Source of the DNA: Octopus bimaculoides
Lineage: Eukaryota
Length of the DNA: 52,671 nucleotides
Direction: 5' to 3'
Assembly (NCBI RefSeq): GCF_001194135.2
Contig: NC_068985.1
Span: forward strand, 70,330,839 to 70,383,509
Made by a program: the position numbers and the translations under genes. Shown piece by piece: positions 39,897 through 51,919 of the stretch; position 1 is the first letter of the stretch; the number at the start of each line of letters is the position of its first letter. Below the pieces are notes generated by a model. That model made no database searches and was not told where the DNA came from. It saw nothing but the letters and a program-made list of their open reading frames with translations.

Positions 39897-41286
39897 CGCA
39901 TATATGTATATACACGTATAACAACGTGTGTAAATAAATATAAGCATATATATATATATATATATANNNNNNNNNNNNNNNNNNNNNNNNNNNNNNNNNN
40001 NNNNNNNNNNNNNNNNNNNNNNNNNNNNNNNNNNNNNNNNNNNNNNNNNNNNNNNNNNNNNNNNNNNNNNNNNNNNNNNNNNNNNNNNNNNNNNNNNNNN
40101 NNNNNNNNNNNNNNNNNNNNNNNNNNNNNNNNNNNNNNNNNNNNNNNNNNNNNNNNNNNNNNNNNNNNNNNNNNNNNNNNNNNNNNNNNNNNNNNNNNNN
40201 NNNNNNNNNNNNNNNNNNNNNNNNNNNNNNNNNNNNNNNNNNNNNNNNNNNNNNNNNNNNNNNNNNNNNNNNNNNNNNNNNNNNNNNNNNNNNNNNNNNN
40301 NNNNNNNNNNNNNNNNNNNNNNNNNNNNNNNNNNNNNNNNNNNNNNNNNNNNNNNNNNNNNNNNNNNNNNNNNNNNNNNNNNNNNNNNNNNNNNNNNNNN
40401 NNNNNNNNNNNNNNNNNNNNNNNNNNNNNNNNNNNNNNNNNNNNNNNNNNNNNNNNNNNNNNNNNNNNNNNNNNNNNNNNNNNNNNNNNNNNNNNNNNNN
40501 NATATATATATATATATATATATACAGGTTTGTATTTATGTATCACCTGACTTTGTTAATCTACACATCCAGAATTAATACGTTGCTTTTGTTTTCGTTA
40601 GTTTTTGTAGTTTAATTTTCTTCATTTTATATTCCCCCCCACCTTATTTTTCGCTTTATTTTGCACACTAGTTTTGCTTTCTGGTTTCTTTTCTGTTCTT
40701 TCTTTTTTTGATTCTTACTTTTATTCTTCGGTTTTTTGATTTTTGATTTTGCTTTATCTCTTCTGGATACTCCAAGACTTTGCCAATAATTGATTCTCTC
40801 GCTCTTCTCACCTTTGATCAATACCATATGCCTGAGGTGAGTTATTTGCTGGTTTTTAGAAACACTTCTTTCTCTTCTGTCAGCCTATTGAAATCGATGT
40901 TTTACCAGCTGTCTTCCACCTTTCTTTTTCTTTTTTTTTATTTGTGTTGTTGTCTTATTAGTTAGATTGGCCGACCTACTGGAATGTCTTTCCGTAACAC
41001 TTAAAACTTAACAACTTATACATCGAGAAAGGAAGCAAAACAAATCAAGAAGTAAGATTCCTACCCATAAAGAAAACAAAAAAGAAAAAGAAAAGAAGAA
41101 AATCTTTATTATTTGTTTCATAGTATTTTTTCGTATATTTAATTCAGGATTATTTTTTTTATATATACATACATAAACACACACATGATACTCACACACA
41201 GCCACATATGCACACAGACTAAGACACACTCACACACACTCACACAAACACACAAAGATGGATATCTATTCGCGTGCTTGTGTGTC

Positions 41287-41318
<32 letters not shown>

Positions 41319-41627
41319 CTGTGTGTATGTATGTATATATNNNNNNNNNNTATATACAAATATTATATATGACTATACATAAATATATATGAATATACAT
41401 ATATATATATATGAAAATACATATATATATAGGTGTATATATATCTATACATTTATACGTATATATATATATATATATGTATGTGTGTATGTTTGTATAT
41501 GTATGTATGTATATGTATATATCTGCACAGATACGTATAGTGATGCATAAATATATATAGGCATATACATCCATATATGAATTTGTGTGTATGTGTGTAT
41601 GTATGTGTTTGTGTGCGCGCGCATATA

Positions 41628-41659
<32 letters not shown>

Positions 41660-43266
41660 CGTGTTTGTATGTGCCTGTGTGTACCAATGACTGTCTGCGC
41701 GCGTGTACATTTATATTTTTCTCATAGTTAGTGAATCTGCCATATTGGATCTGATAGATATCACACTGGTCATCTGATGAAGCTTTTGTGTTAAAGTAAC
41801 TTTTCTATTGCTTGTATGGAACATAGCTTACTATTCTGTATAACATATACAAATTTATGACGGCTGCCAACCAAAGCTTTACGCTCAAACTTCAACCTAA
41901 CATGTCGCTCGTTCGTGTGTGCGTGTGTGTGTGTATTTGTGTGTGAAAATGAATAAAAAAATATATAAATAACTGTATTTATATGTACACATACACAGAT
42001 ACGTATACACACATAATGATATACGTGTGAGTGGAGGAATTGTAGATTGGACTGCGTGACAGTAATTTCGTTGCTCTAAACTAGCAATACTCACGATTTG
42101 GGTAATTTCCTACAGCCTTGTGTAACAACATTGAAGCTACCGAGTTAATCTTTGCGAACAAATTTGGCCCACATCACAGCAAGCTTGTTCTTTCCTCTCG
42201 TTATCAATGGTTTATTCGCACCAAACTACAGCCACTTCATGTAGTGATAACTTCTGTTTTTATATATATCTTGCAGAAAACTTGTTATTCGTTCTGAGCT
42301 TTGGTATTTTCTATCAAGCCTTCGTCACATCCACGATGAGGAGTTATCTATTTCCCTCAGTGGTTTGTCAATCATTGATCTTCCATTACATTCAAATATA
42401 ATGTCAGCTTGCTAAGTCATTGCCGATCAAGCTAAAACGCACATTATCGCACCTTCACACGATGCAGCGCATAGCCATCCGTCTGCTGCCCACACTTCTC
42501 TTTGTTCCTGATACTCTTTCTTATATTTCAGATATTTGAAGCCACTTTTTGATTGTATTCTCTCCATATTTTCTCCTAGTGGCAAGGTTAACTGAATTAT
42601 CAAAATTTCTTTCTCAAGTCACGTTTTGCCATGGGGCTGGTTTGCTGCGTTTCTTCAATATAATTTGGAAATGCAAGTGCTTCCACAATCTATCCATACT
42701 TTCCAATAATTAGCGCAACCAGATTTCTAGATGCTGCTTGGCGTTTATCTCATCCTCATAGTGCCTAGCATGTGGGAAGCAGCAGGTTGAATATTGGTCT
42801 CGTTTCTCATCGTTGGAATTGGATTATGTTATATTAATTATTTACTGGAACAGATTACTCAAGATTTTGATACCTTCCATGTTGCCTGATACAACTTCAC
42901 TAATATGTAACCCCCGGAACGAAATCACCAAACATTCTAAGACCACCATGACATATCAGTCGGGCATGAAACAACATCATTCACAGCTGCCAATAGACAT
43001 TTTGGCTACAATTTACACAATATCTGATACTGTGTATATTCACTAAATTTCCAACTCTACATTTTCCACCACACATTCTTTCCATTCAATATTTTATTTC
43101 GAATAACTATGGCCGGAATATTTTTTCCTTTTTTTTTTTTTTTTTTTTACCCTTGTGTTATATCTGTCCCACTTCAAAAAGCATTTTGTCCTTCATTTCC
43201 AGGCTAGAACCACCATTTCATTATCTATATCCTTTCGGCAGACGCTATTGTCTGAGTGGCACATAT

Positions 43267-43357
43267 AATTGGTCTACAGAATCTTGCAGAATCATACAAT
43301 TGTTCTACAGAATCTTGTAGAATCATACAATCGGGCTACAGAATCTTGTAGAATTAT
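43267..43357. repeat. 31-bp minisatellite, about 2.9 copies
   Basis: AATTGGTCTACAGAATCTTGCAGAATCATAC / AATTGTTCTACAGAATCTTGTAGAATCATAC / AATCGGGCTACAGAATCTTGTAGAATTAT. Confidence 0.9.
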
Positions 43358-44630
43358 GTGAAGATATTTAATATGTTTCGTTAGTCTTCTCAGATATTAG
43401 TGACGTGTATGTTTATATCACGTCGTAAAAATTTATGCCATATTTGAATATTCCTGAAAACAGCATTGTCTATATTTCGTCTTGGGTGTTTATTTTCTTT
43501 TGATTTTCTGCATATGATATTTTCATTTTTCAAACAATTTAGTTCCTTTTAATATTGATCATTATTTACTGAAATTGATGATTAGTTAGACCCTTAAACA
43601 GCCTTAAAGTTTAACACCACCACTCATACCCCCAGGTAACTTTCCTAAACTCGATCCACTTTCAAGAATTTGAAGCAGGTCTGAGAGTTCTTGATGAGTT
43701 CACACATATCACTGCAATCGAAACCATGAAATGTCTTTTAAGATATTCATCCTGCTAGAAATAGTGGCTTAGCATAATGTCCATCAAACCACACCATAGT
43801 GTCTAAATAAAGGCAAGCTTTATACATAATATATTTTCTGATATGCAAAAAGATGCGTAAGCCATGACTAGAAACCATTTGAACAATTCCGAGAAATTGT
43901 AATCTATAACAAACTATGATTCCTGGAGCCCTTCTCCACATTTTTCGGCAGCTTCGAAGACAGCAAGATATGGGCGTTGCCATTATATAAAAATTAACTG
44001 AACCGTCAATCAGTGCCTTATTTTTCGTATTTTGTTTCAGTAAGTTATTATATCACATCAAATAACATCGATATTTTAAAATCTACATCAATGTAAAACA
44101 TTTATACTAGTCTCATTTCACGAGACCCCTGAAAATTGAAATTGCTATCCATCCGACTATATATCATTTCAATGGTACTTATCGCCTTTACATTCTAAGG
44201 AGAGGAGGTTCAAAATTTGATTACAGCTTCCAGTCTATGAGATTAATTTTGCGGAAGAATTTGCGTACGTTTCCATTGAAACTCCAATTACAGGAAATTG
44301 TGAACCGGGAATGCGAACAGTCAATAATAAGGCTCAGACGCATAGAACGTTATAAACGCATAGACGGACATGCATACACATGTTCTGACATACACACATG
44401 TATACATTGGTATATACAAGCACATACACAGGCACACACAAACATACACTCACACAACTATATTGTTTTCATGTAAGCTCAATCAGAAACCATTCCAGCA
44501 TCTAAGATTTTACATTAGTAAAGTTAAGTTTGTTATCTAAACTCTAAATCAAGCATCGAATATTTCTTTCGTAAGTACACACATACATACATACAAATAT
44601 CTGCATGCATGCATGCGTATGTATGTATGT

Positions 44631-45224
44631 GTTGGCCGTGGTGGTAAAGAGTGGTAAAGGCTGCGAGCTGGCAGAAACGTTAGCACGCCAGGTGAAATGC
44701 TTTGCGGTATTTCGTCTGCCGTTACGTTCTGAGTTCAAATTCCGCCGAGGTCGACTTTGCTTTTCATCCTTTCGGGGTCGATAAATTAATTACCAGTTAC
44801 GCACTGGAGTCGATGTAATCGACTTAATCCTATTGTCTGTCCTTGTTTGTCCCCTCTATGTTTAGCCCCTTTTGGGCAATAAAGAAATAGGTAAAGAGTT
44901 TAATTCCCAATCACAGGGTCCTTGATTCTGTCCTACTGCGTTGCAAGTGTCTTCTACTATAGCCTCCAGCCGACCAAAGACTTAGCAGCGGATCTAGAAA
45001 TTGAATGAAGACTGTTGTGTGTTTATATATATACATACGTTTGTGTGTGTGTTCTTCTCCACTGCTTGACAACAGGTGTAGGTATGTTTACCTCCCCATA
45101 ACTCATCATTTCGGCAATAGAGAAGAATCGACTAAGTACCAGATTTGATTACTTCTACCAATATTCCTAGAAGGGGTGCCCAAGCATGGCCACAGTCTAA
45201 TAACCAAAACAAGTAAAAGTAAAA
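44631..45224 (+). mobile_element. Old head-D SINE split by a younger SINE insertion
   Basis: Head start at 44631-44652 resumes at 44890 (TTTAATTCCCAATC...GCAAGTGTCTTCTACTATAGCCTC) and runs to ...CAAGCATGGCCACAGTC...AAACAAGTAAAAG. Confidence 0.75.
44653..44889 (+). mobile_element. tRNA-derived SINE, head C + Tx1-like tail, with 10-bp TSD
   Basis: GGCTGCGAGCTGGCAGAAACGTTAGC, B box GAGTTCAAATTCC. TSD GGTAAAGAGT at 44643-52 and 44890-99. Confidence 0.9.
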
Positions 45225-45310
45225 TATGAACGATAAAAGATATTTATACATACATACATACATACGTACGTACATACGTAGATACATAGATACATATATA
45301 CATATATTAT

Positions 45311-45693
45311 GAGGAGGCGCAATGGCCAAGTGGTTAGGGCAGCGAACTCTCCGTCATAGGATCGTGGTTTCGATTCCCAGACCACGCGTTCTGAGTGTTT
45401 ATTGAGCGAAAACACCTAAAGCTTCACGAGGCTCCGGCAGGGGGTGGTGGTGAACCCTGTTGTACTCTTTCACTACCACCTTCTCTCACTCTTTCTTCCT
45501 ATTTCTGTTGTGCCTGTAATTCAAAGAGCCAGCCTTGTCACACTCTGTGTCACGCTGAATCTTCTCCTAGAACTACGTTAAGGGCACACGTGTCTGTGGA
45601 GTGCTCAGCCACTTACACGTTAATTTCACGAACAGGCTGTTCCGTTGATCGGATCAACTGGATCCCTCGTCACCGTTACCGATGGAGTGCCAC
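45311..45693 (+). mobile_element. tRNA-derived SINE, head B + tail X
   Basis: TGGCCAAGTGGTTAGGG A box and GGTTTCGATTCCC B box; 3' half homologous to 2490-2661. Confidence 0.85.
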
Positions 45694-45694
45694 T

Positions 45695-45725
<31 letters not shown>

Positions 45726-45849
45726 TCAATAATAGGATGAATTTTTTTACAAGAAATTATCAAGTAGCTAGCGTGGAAAAAACCTCATAAGGGAAAAAAT
45801 CCATCATTTATTCCCCAAAATATATATTTATTTATATAAGGGCATTACT

Positions 45850-46687
45850 ATACAATAACGCCTCACGCCATGAGGGACTCTAAGGTCAGACTACCATAAA
45901 AAACCCATTTTTACCGAACGCGAGGAAATGCAACTCTCAAAGCCAGCCCCTTAAAAACAGACTGAATTATAGGGGAATAGCAACTGACACAGATGAAAAG
46001 TCGGTACTTCAACTACCACCAAAATATGCTGTCTATAATAAGGTAAATAGCATCCGATGCCTCTCTGAAATTGAAAAGTCATTCACAAAAATACGTTGGA
46101 ATTTAAACATGTAGAACAACAACAACAACAACAACATCAACAAACGAGCGACAACAACAATACGAACAACAATAACCGCAGCGACAACACCCATCACAAC
46201 AACAACAACAATACAAACAACAATAACTGTAGCAACAACAACACAAATAATATTGACCGCAGCAACAAAACCCGTAGCAACAAAAACAACACGAACAACT
46301 ACAAACCCACCAAGAGCAGCAACAACAACAACAACCGCAAAAACGAACACACGAACACAAGCATCAGATACAAATACAAAAACAAACAAAAAACAGAGAA
46401 CATATCGAATACAACAACAGTAACAGGGGGAACGGACACACAGACACACACACAGATAACCATAGGCACAAGGACACGAATAAAAGTAAGGTCATAGGGG
46501 TCACGAGGGAGAATAAAGTTGAATGCAACAGAATTCTTGGATAGGGAGTCAGTAGACTTAAAACAGAAAACACTACTGTTAGAAACAGAAACAACAACCA
46601 CAACAGTAGTAGTAGTAGTAGTAGTAGTAGTGGCAATAGTGGTGGTAGTAGTAGTGGGGTCGATGATGGTAGCAGTAACGACGGTAA

Positions 46688-46732
<45 letters not shown>

Positions 46733-49640
46733 CGGTAATGAGGAAGATAACCCAAGAAGGGCCAACAGCATGAATGCGCACCCCCTTGACACTCAGTTTT
46801 TCAACATATGTAACAAATTTTACATGAGCCGCGTTTACCCAACATTACCCTTTAACAAAAGGGTTTGCACCCCAAACATACTCGTGACCACATCGAAGCA
46901 CAATTCACTATAGCTAGGACCAAACTTAGACAGATTTTAGAACTATACACTAAGAGACAGAGACAGAATATGACAGAGGCCCAACAACTCGAGAATATAC
47001 ACGGATGTGGCCTACGTAAGCTTATGCAGCGCACGAGGAACGGAGAGGTGGTATTCCTTCCCAAAGATAAGTCCGGCAGGGTATTAATTGACAGCTTGCT
47101 GCACTACATCTAGGCAATGCAACCTCAGATCGCCAATACGAAAGTAACAATTTTGCAGGCGCATGAGGAGAGAGAAAAGATCCTCAACGCCCACATGATG
47201 ATGTGGACAATTGTTCTTGGACCCCAGAAATGCACAGCCAACAATTTTCAAGCCTGGAACAACGATATCCCGACACTGTGTGGACTTCGCAACGACCACA
47301 AAGTAACCACTGACCCTGTGGCGGGACCACCAACAAGACCAGTCTGTAGCGCGAATATCGCTGGCAACTACAGGATTTCCTACTTCCTCTCAATGATCAT
47401 ACGCCCCATAATCCGGATGTCACCTGATATTTGTGACAGCACGGAAGATCTCTTCAGTAGGATCAACGACTCTAACAACACCTGCGACCTGACAGGATGT
47501 ATAGTGGGTAGCATGGATGTGGTATCCCTATACCCATCTATGGGCATGGATTTTGCGGTGGAGAAGTGCGTGGAGATGATCAACGAGAGCGAAGTGGAGT
47601 TCCGCAATGTCAACACAGAGGAACTGGGCCTCCTACTTAGATTGACATATGACAATGAATATCTAGAATATTTTGAGGTTTATGCCCAGAGTAGACGCTT
47701 GACAGGTTGACCAACAGCAATTACTTCTATGTTAGGAAGACCCTTATAGAGAAATGAAGCGGGTGGACCAGAGCAAATGTTTATCAGGTAAAGAAAATGA
47801 CCGCCCATGCACTAGGAGCTAGTATAAGAGTTGCTCTAAAAGGCCACACGTTTAACAACAAAATATACGCCCAGGACGAGGGGGCAACCATAGACGTTCG
47901 TATCGCCGGTGATGTGGCCAAACTTTTAATGGTATGGTGGGACAGAAGGCTTACACAGAACTCCGTACTCCATGGTATGGTGGGACAGAAGCCTGACACA
48001 GAACTCCATACCCGTGAACATGTGCTCTCGCTATGTCGATGATATCAACGTAGTAATATCATCACTACGTTTCAAGAGAGTACTCTTAAAATAGAAATAG
48101 AAACTAATACTATGGAGAGTATCCAGCAAATAGCTAACTCCATCCACCAGAGTAATAAGGTCTTGATAGACTAGCCTACAAAACACCCTAACCATAGACT
48201 AGCAGTGCTAGATACAGAACTCTGGCTGGAAACTGTGAATAATAAAACCCAAATCCTTTATTCGCACTATGCCAAACCTATGGCCTCCAAATATCTGATC
48301 TACCGGAACTCAGCTATCGCGGAAAATGCCAAATTCAATATACTAATGGCAGACCTCGTCAGAGTAATGCGAAATGTGTCCCGCATGTGCGACCCTACAA
48401 AGTTAAAGAGACACATACAACATTTCGTTCACCGCATGCATTTCTCAGGTTACAGCCATAAAGAAAAGATCAGAGTATACAAAGGAGTCATGAGGAAATT
48501 TGAAACTATCATACGTAAGGATAGGAATGGGATTTGCCCACAATATAGGAGCAAGTCATGGGATACCATTGAAAGGACTCAGAAGAAAATAGGAATACCA
48601 ACTCATGGTATGATAGCCATAAATACCAGAGTGTCATGTTCGTCGACACCACCCCTAGAGGCGAACTGGAGTACTGTTTTAGAAGGGCCCCAGAAAAACT
48701 TAAGTTAAGAATTAAGGTTATTGAAAGGCCAGGCAACCCTATCAAATCCCTAATCAGTAGAACCTACCTTGTTAGTAGAACCCCATGTACTGATAGGACC
48801 TATACTGCATGTGGATTTAGACCACAAACAAACTGTCAAGTCAGAAATAAATTTAGTCTATAGTATAAGTTGTATAGAGGGACGGTGCAGTAAAAAGACA
48901 ACGACGTACGTAGGGAAAACAGCACGGAGCATAGTAGAGCGGGTAAATGAGCATTGGAGGAAACTTAAGGAAGAGAAGAGCACATTGGTTCTGTACCAGC
49001 ACGCGGAGCAGGAAGACGGGGGCTCACTCAACAACATAGAAGTTAAAATCTTGTCCACACATTGAACAGACGCAACACTTAGATAGATTATAGAAGCTAC
49101 ACACATAATAGAAAATAAACCTAGCCTGATTAGGAAACTGGAATGGAACGCAAACACCCCCCCCCCACTACACCACAATATAAGACAGAATAAGATCCCC
49201 ATAAACTAATTACAATATGAACAAAATATAATACGATACACAGATAAACAAATAAATAACTACGTTAACAAAATTAAATTAAATATAAAAAATGGAAGAA
49301 TAGAGAAAAAATAATAAGTAGGTATAAACACATGAACAAAATATATAAAAACAAATTAAACGAACGTGTATAAACAGGGGATACAGATAATACAGATACT
49401 CCCTCCTCACATGCACACGCACTTACTAAACATAGACACACATAGGAGCATACGCATGCGCTTATACGTACAGTACACATACAATAGCAATACAAAGTAC
49501 AAAATGGCTGATCGTTAGTAAGGAAAGACACACAAATAAGAAAGATGAAAGGAAAGACCACTGATGAGGTCACAGAAGTATGACGAAAGAACTCTGGTTG
49601 AAATACGATTAATTTAAAAAGTAAAAAAATAAAGCTGAAA
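45850..49640 (+). mobile_element. Penelope-like retroelement (RT plus C-terminal GIY-YIG endonuclease), 5'-truncated and inactivated
   Basis: Motifs in order across frameshifts: DEKSVLQLPPKYAVY...KIRW, PFNKRVC, GEVVFLPKDKSGR, DHK...PPTRPVCS, STEDL, GSMDVVSLYPS, RYVDD (48029-43), VLDTELW, HYAKPMASK, MFVDTTPRGEL, C..C linker, VYSISC...YVGKTARSIVERVNEH, QIIEA. Many stops and frameshifts. The 5' boundary is approximate. Confidence 0.92.
49556..49599 (+). ncRNA. Minimal type I hammerhead ribozyme motif
   Basis: gACCA-CTGATGA-G-GTCA-cagaagta-TGAC-GAAA-G-aa-CTC-TGGTt. Intact core, 4-5 bp stem I, 4-bp stem II, 2-bp stem III, CUC cleavage triplet. Confidence 0.75.
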
Positions 49641-50012
49641 CAAATTAACACCAAATACATAGTGCGTGTGTTTTTATTGGCTAAACACGCAAAATGACCA
49701 TCCCAAAAGACAACAATATCTATTTCAACATACGATTTCGCATCAAGAATCTTGCAAAACGAATATAGTAACGTATATATATATATATNNNNNNNNNNNN
49801 NNNNNNNNNNNNNNNNNNNNNNNNNNNNNNNNNNNNNNNNNNNNNNNNNNNNNNNNNNNNNNNNNNNNNNNNNNNNNNNNNNNNNNNNNNNNNNNNNNNN
49901 NNNNNNNNNNNNNNNNNNNNNNNNNNNNNNNNNNNNNNNNNNNNNNNNNNNNNNNNNNNNNNNNNNNNNNNNNNNNNNNNNNNNNNNNATATATATATAT
50001 ATATATATATAT

Positions 50013-50076
<64 letters not shown>

Positions 50077-50477
50077 ACATACATATAAACACATAGCATT
50101 GTTTTCAGGAGCCAAATTCTTTTTCTACAGGTACTTTATAACACCATGATTCCAAATTTTCTCCGTTTTAAAAGAAATTACTGCTAGTAATTAATACATG
50201 CAAGCAAAGAAATTTTCAGCCCAAACTTGTGTGTGTGTACTTCTTTAGTTATAGTGTTAAGTTGACTACAAATTAAAAGATACACGCACCACTGAAGTCA
50301 ATGTGTGTTAGCCTATGACTCATACACACTTCATTCACAAACACACACGTATATACTGGAAGGCGCACTTTACGTCACTCAATTACAACAGCACCTATGT
50401 TTGTTAATCTCTCTGTCTCCCTCACTCTGTATTTATCTACCTTCAATCATTCAACACACACGCACGCACCCCCCCCA

Positions 50478-50508
<31 letters not shown>

Positions 50509-51919
50509 NNNNNNNNNNNNNNNNNNNNNNNNNNNNNNNNNNNNNNNNNNNNNNNNNNNNNNNNNNNNNNNNNNNNNNNNNNNNNNNNNNNNNNNNNNNN
50601 NNNNNNNNNNNNNNNNNNNNNNNNNNNNNNNNNNNNNNNNNNNNNNNNNNNNNNNNNNNNNNNNNNNNNNNNNNNNNNNNNNNNNNNNNNNNNNNNNNNN
50701 NNNNNNNNNNNNNNNNNNNNNNNNNNNNNNNNNNNNNNNNNNNNNNNNNNNNNNNNNNNNNNNNNNNNNNNNNNNNNNNNNNNNNNNNNNNNNNNNNNNN
50801 NNNNNNNNNNNNNNNNNNNNNNNNNNNNNNNNNNNNNNNNNNNNNNNNNNNNNNNNNNNNNNNNNNNNNNNNNNNNNNNNNNNNNNNNNNNNNNNNNNNN
50901 NNNNNNNNNNNNNNNNNNNNNNNNNNNNNNNNNNNNNNNNNNNNNNNNNNNNNNNNNNNNNNNNNNNNNNNNNNNNNNNNNNNNNNNNNNNNNNNNNNNN
51001 NNNNNNNNNNNNNNNNNNNNNNNNNNNNNNNNNNNNNNNNNNNNNNNNNNNNNNNNNNNNNNNNNNNNNNNNNNNNNNNNNNNNNNNNNNNNNNNNNNNN
51101 NNNNNNNNNNNNNNNNNNNNNNNNNNNNNNNNNNNNNNNNNNNNNNNNNNNNNNNNNNNNNNNNNNNNNNNNNNNNNNNNNNNNNNNNNNNNNNNNNNNN
51201 NNNNNNNNNNNNNNNNNNNNNNNNNNNNNNNNNNNNNNNNNNNNNNNNNNNNNNNNNNNNNNNNNNNNNNNNNNNNNNNNNNNNNNNNNNNNNNNNNNNN
51301 NNNNNNNNNNNNNNNNNNNNNNNNNNNNNNNNNNNNNNNNNNNNNNNNNNNNNNNNNNNNNNNNNNNNNNNNNNNNNNNNNNNNNNNNNNNNNNNNNNAT
51401 ATATATTTATATATATATATATATATATATATCACAAAATTAATTTAATGAAGTACAGTGCATTATCATATAAATTCATTTACTGTTATATTTCAGCTGA
51501 TGTTGTGAATATGCGTATATTATGCCACTTTGGCTTTTTTAAATTTCATGTAATTTATCAAATTCTATAAACACCGCATACTTATAATTCTTAGATATGT
51601 ATTATTCATAACACTCCCTCCTTGTCCGCTTTACCTTCTCTTCCTTCTCCACTGATGGTTGAGAATGTAACACTTGAAACGCAAGGAAGTCAAAATCTGA
51701 ATTCTCAAGCGTATATTTTTTTATTTATTATCAGATATAGATTAATTTCTTTCTTACACCACAGTAAGTTTGTGTCAGTGTTCATGTGTAGCTTATGACA
51801 TATATACATCCATCCATCCATCCATCCATCTATACATACATACATACATACATACATACATACATACATACGTAGTATATATAGATATAGATATAGAAAT
51901 TGATATATAGATATATATA

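Noticed and set aside
41770-41815. CTGATGAAGCT hammerhead-like start
   Set aside because: No GAAA and no closing stems.
42060-42800. Faint Tc1/maT C-terminus and LINE-like peptide traces on the minus strand
   Set aside because: Only a few residues match and there are many stops; cannot be assigned by eye.
48760-48900. Selenocysteine (UGA) recoding in the PLE Cys motifs, as in some Naiad elements
   Set aside because: The Cys positions are TGT/TGC (one is TAT); there is no in-frame TGA there, and the domain order is not Naiad-like.
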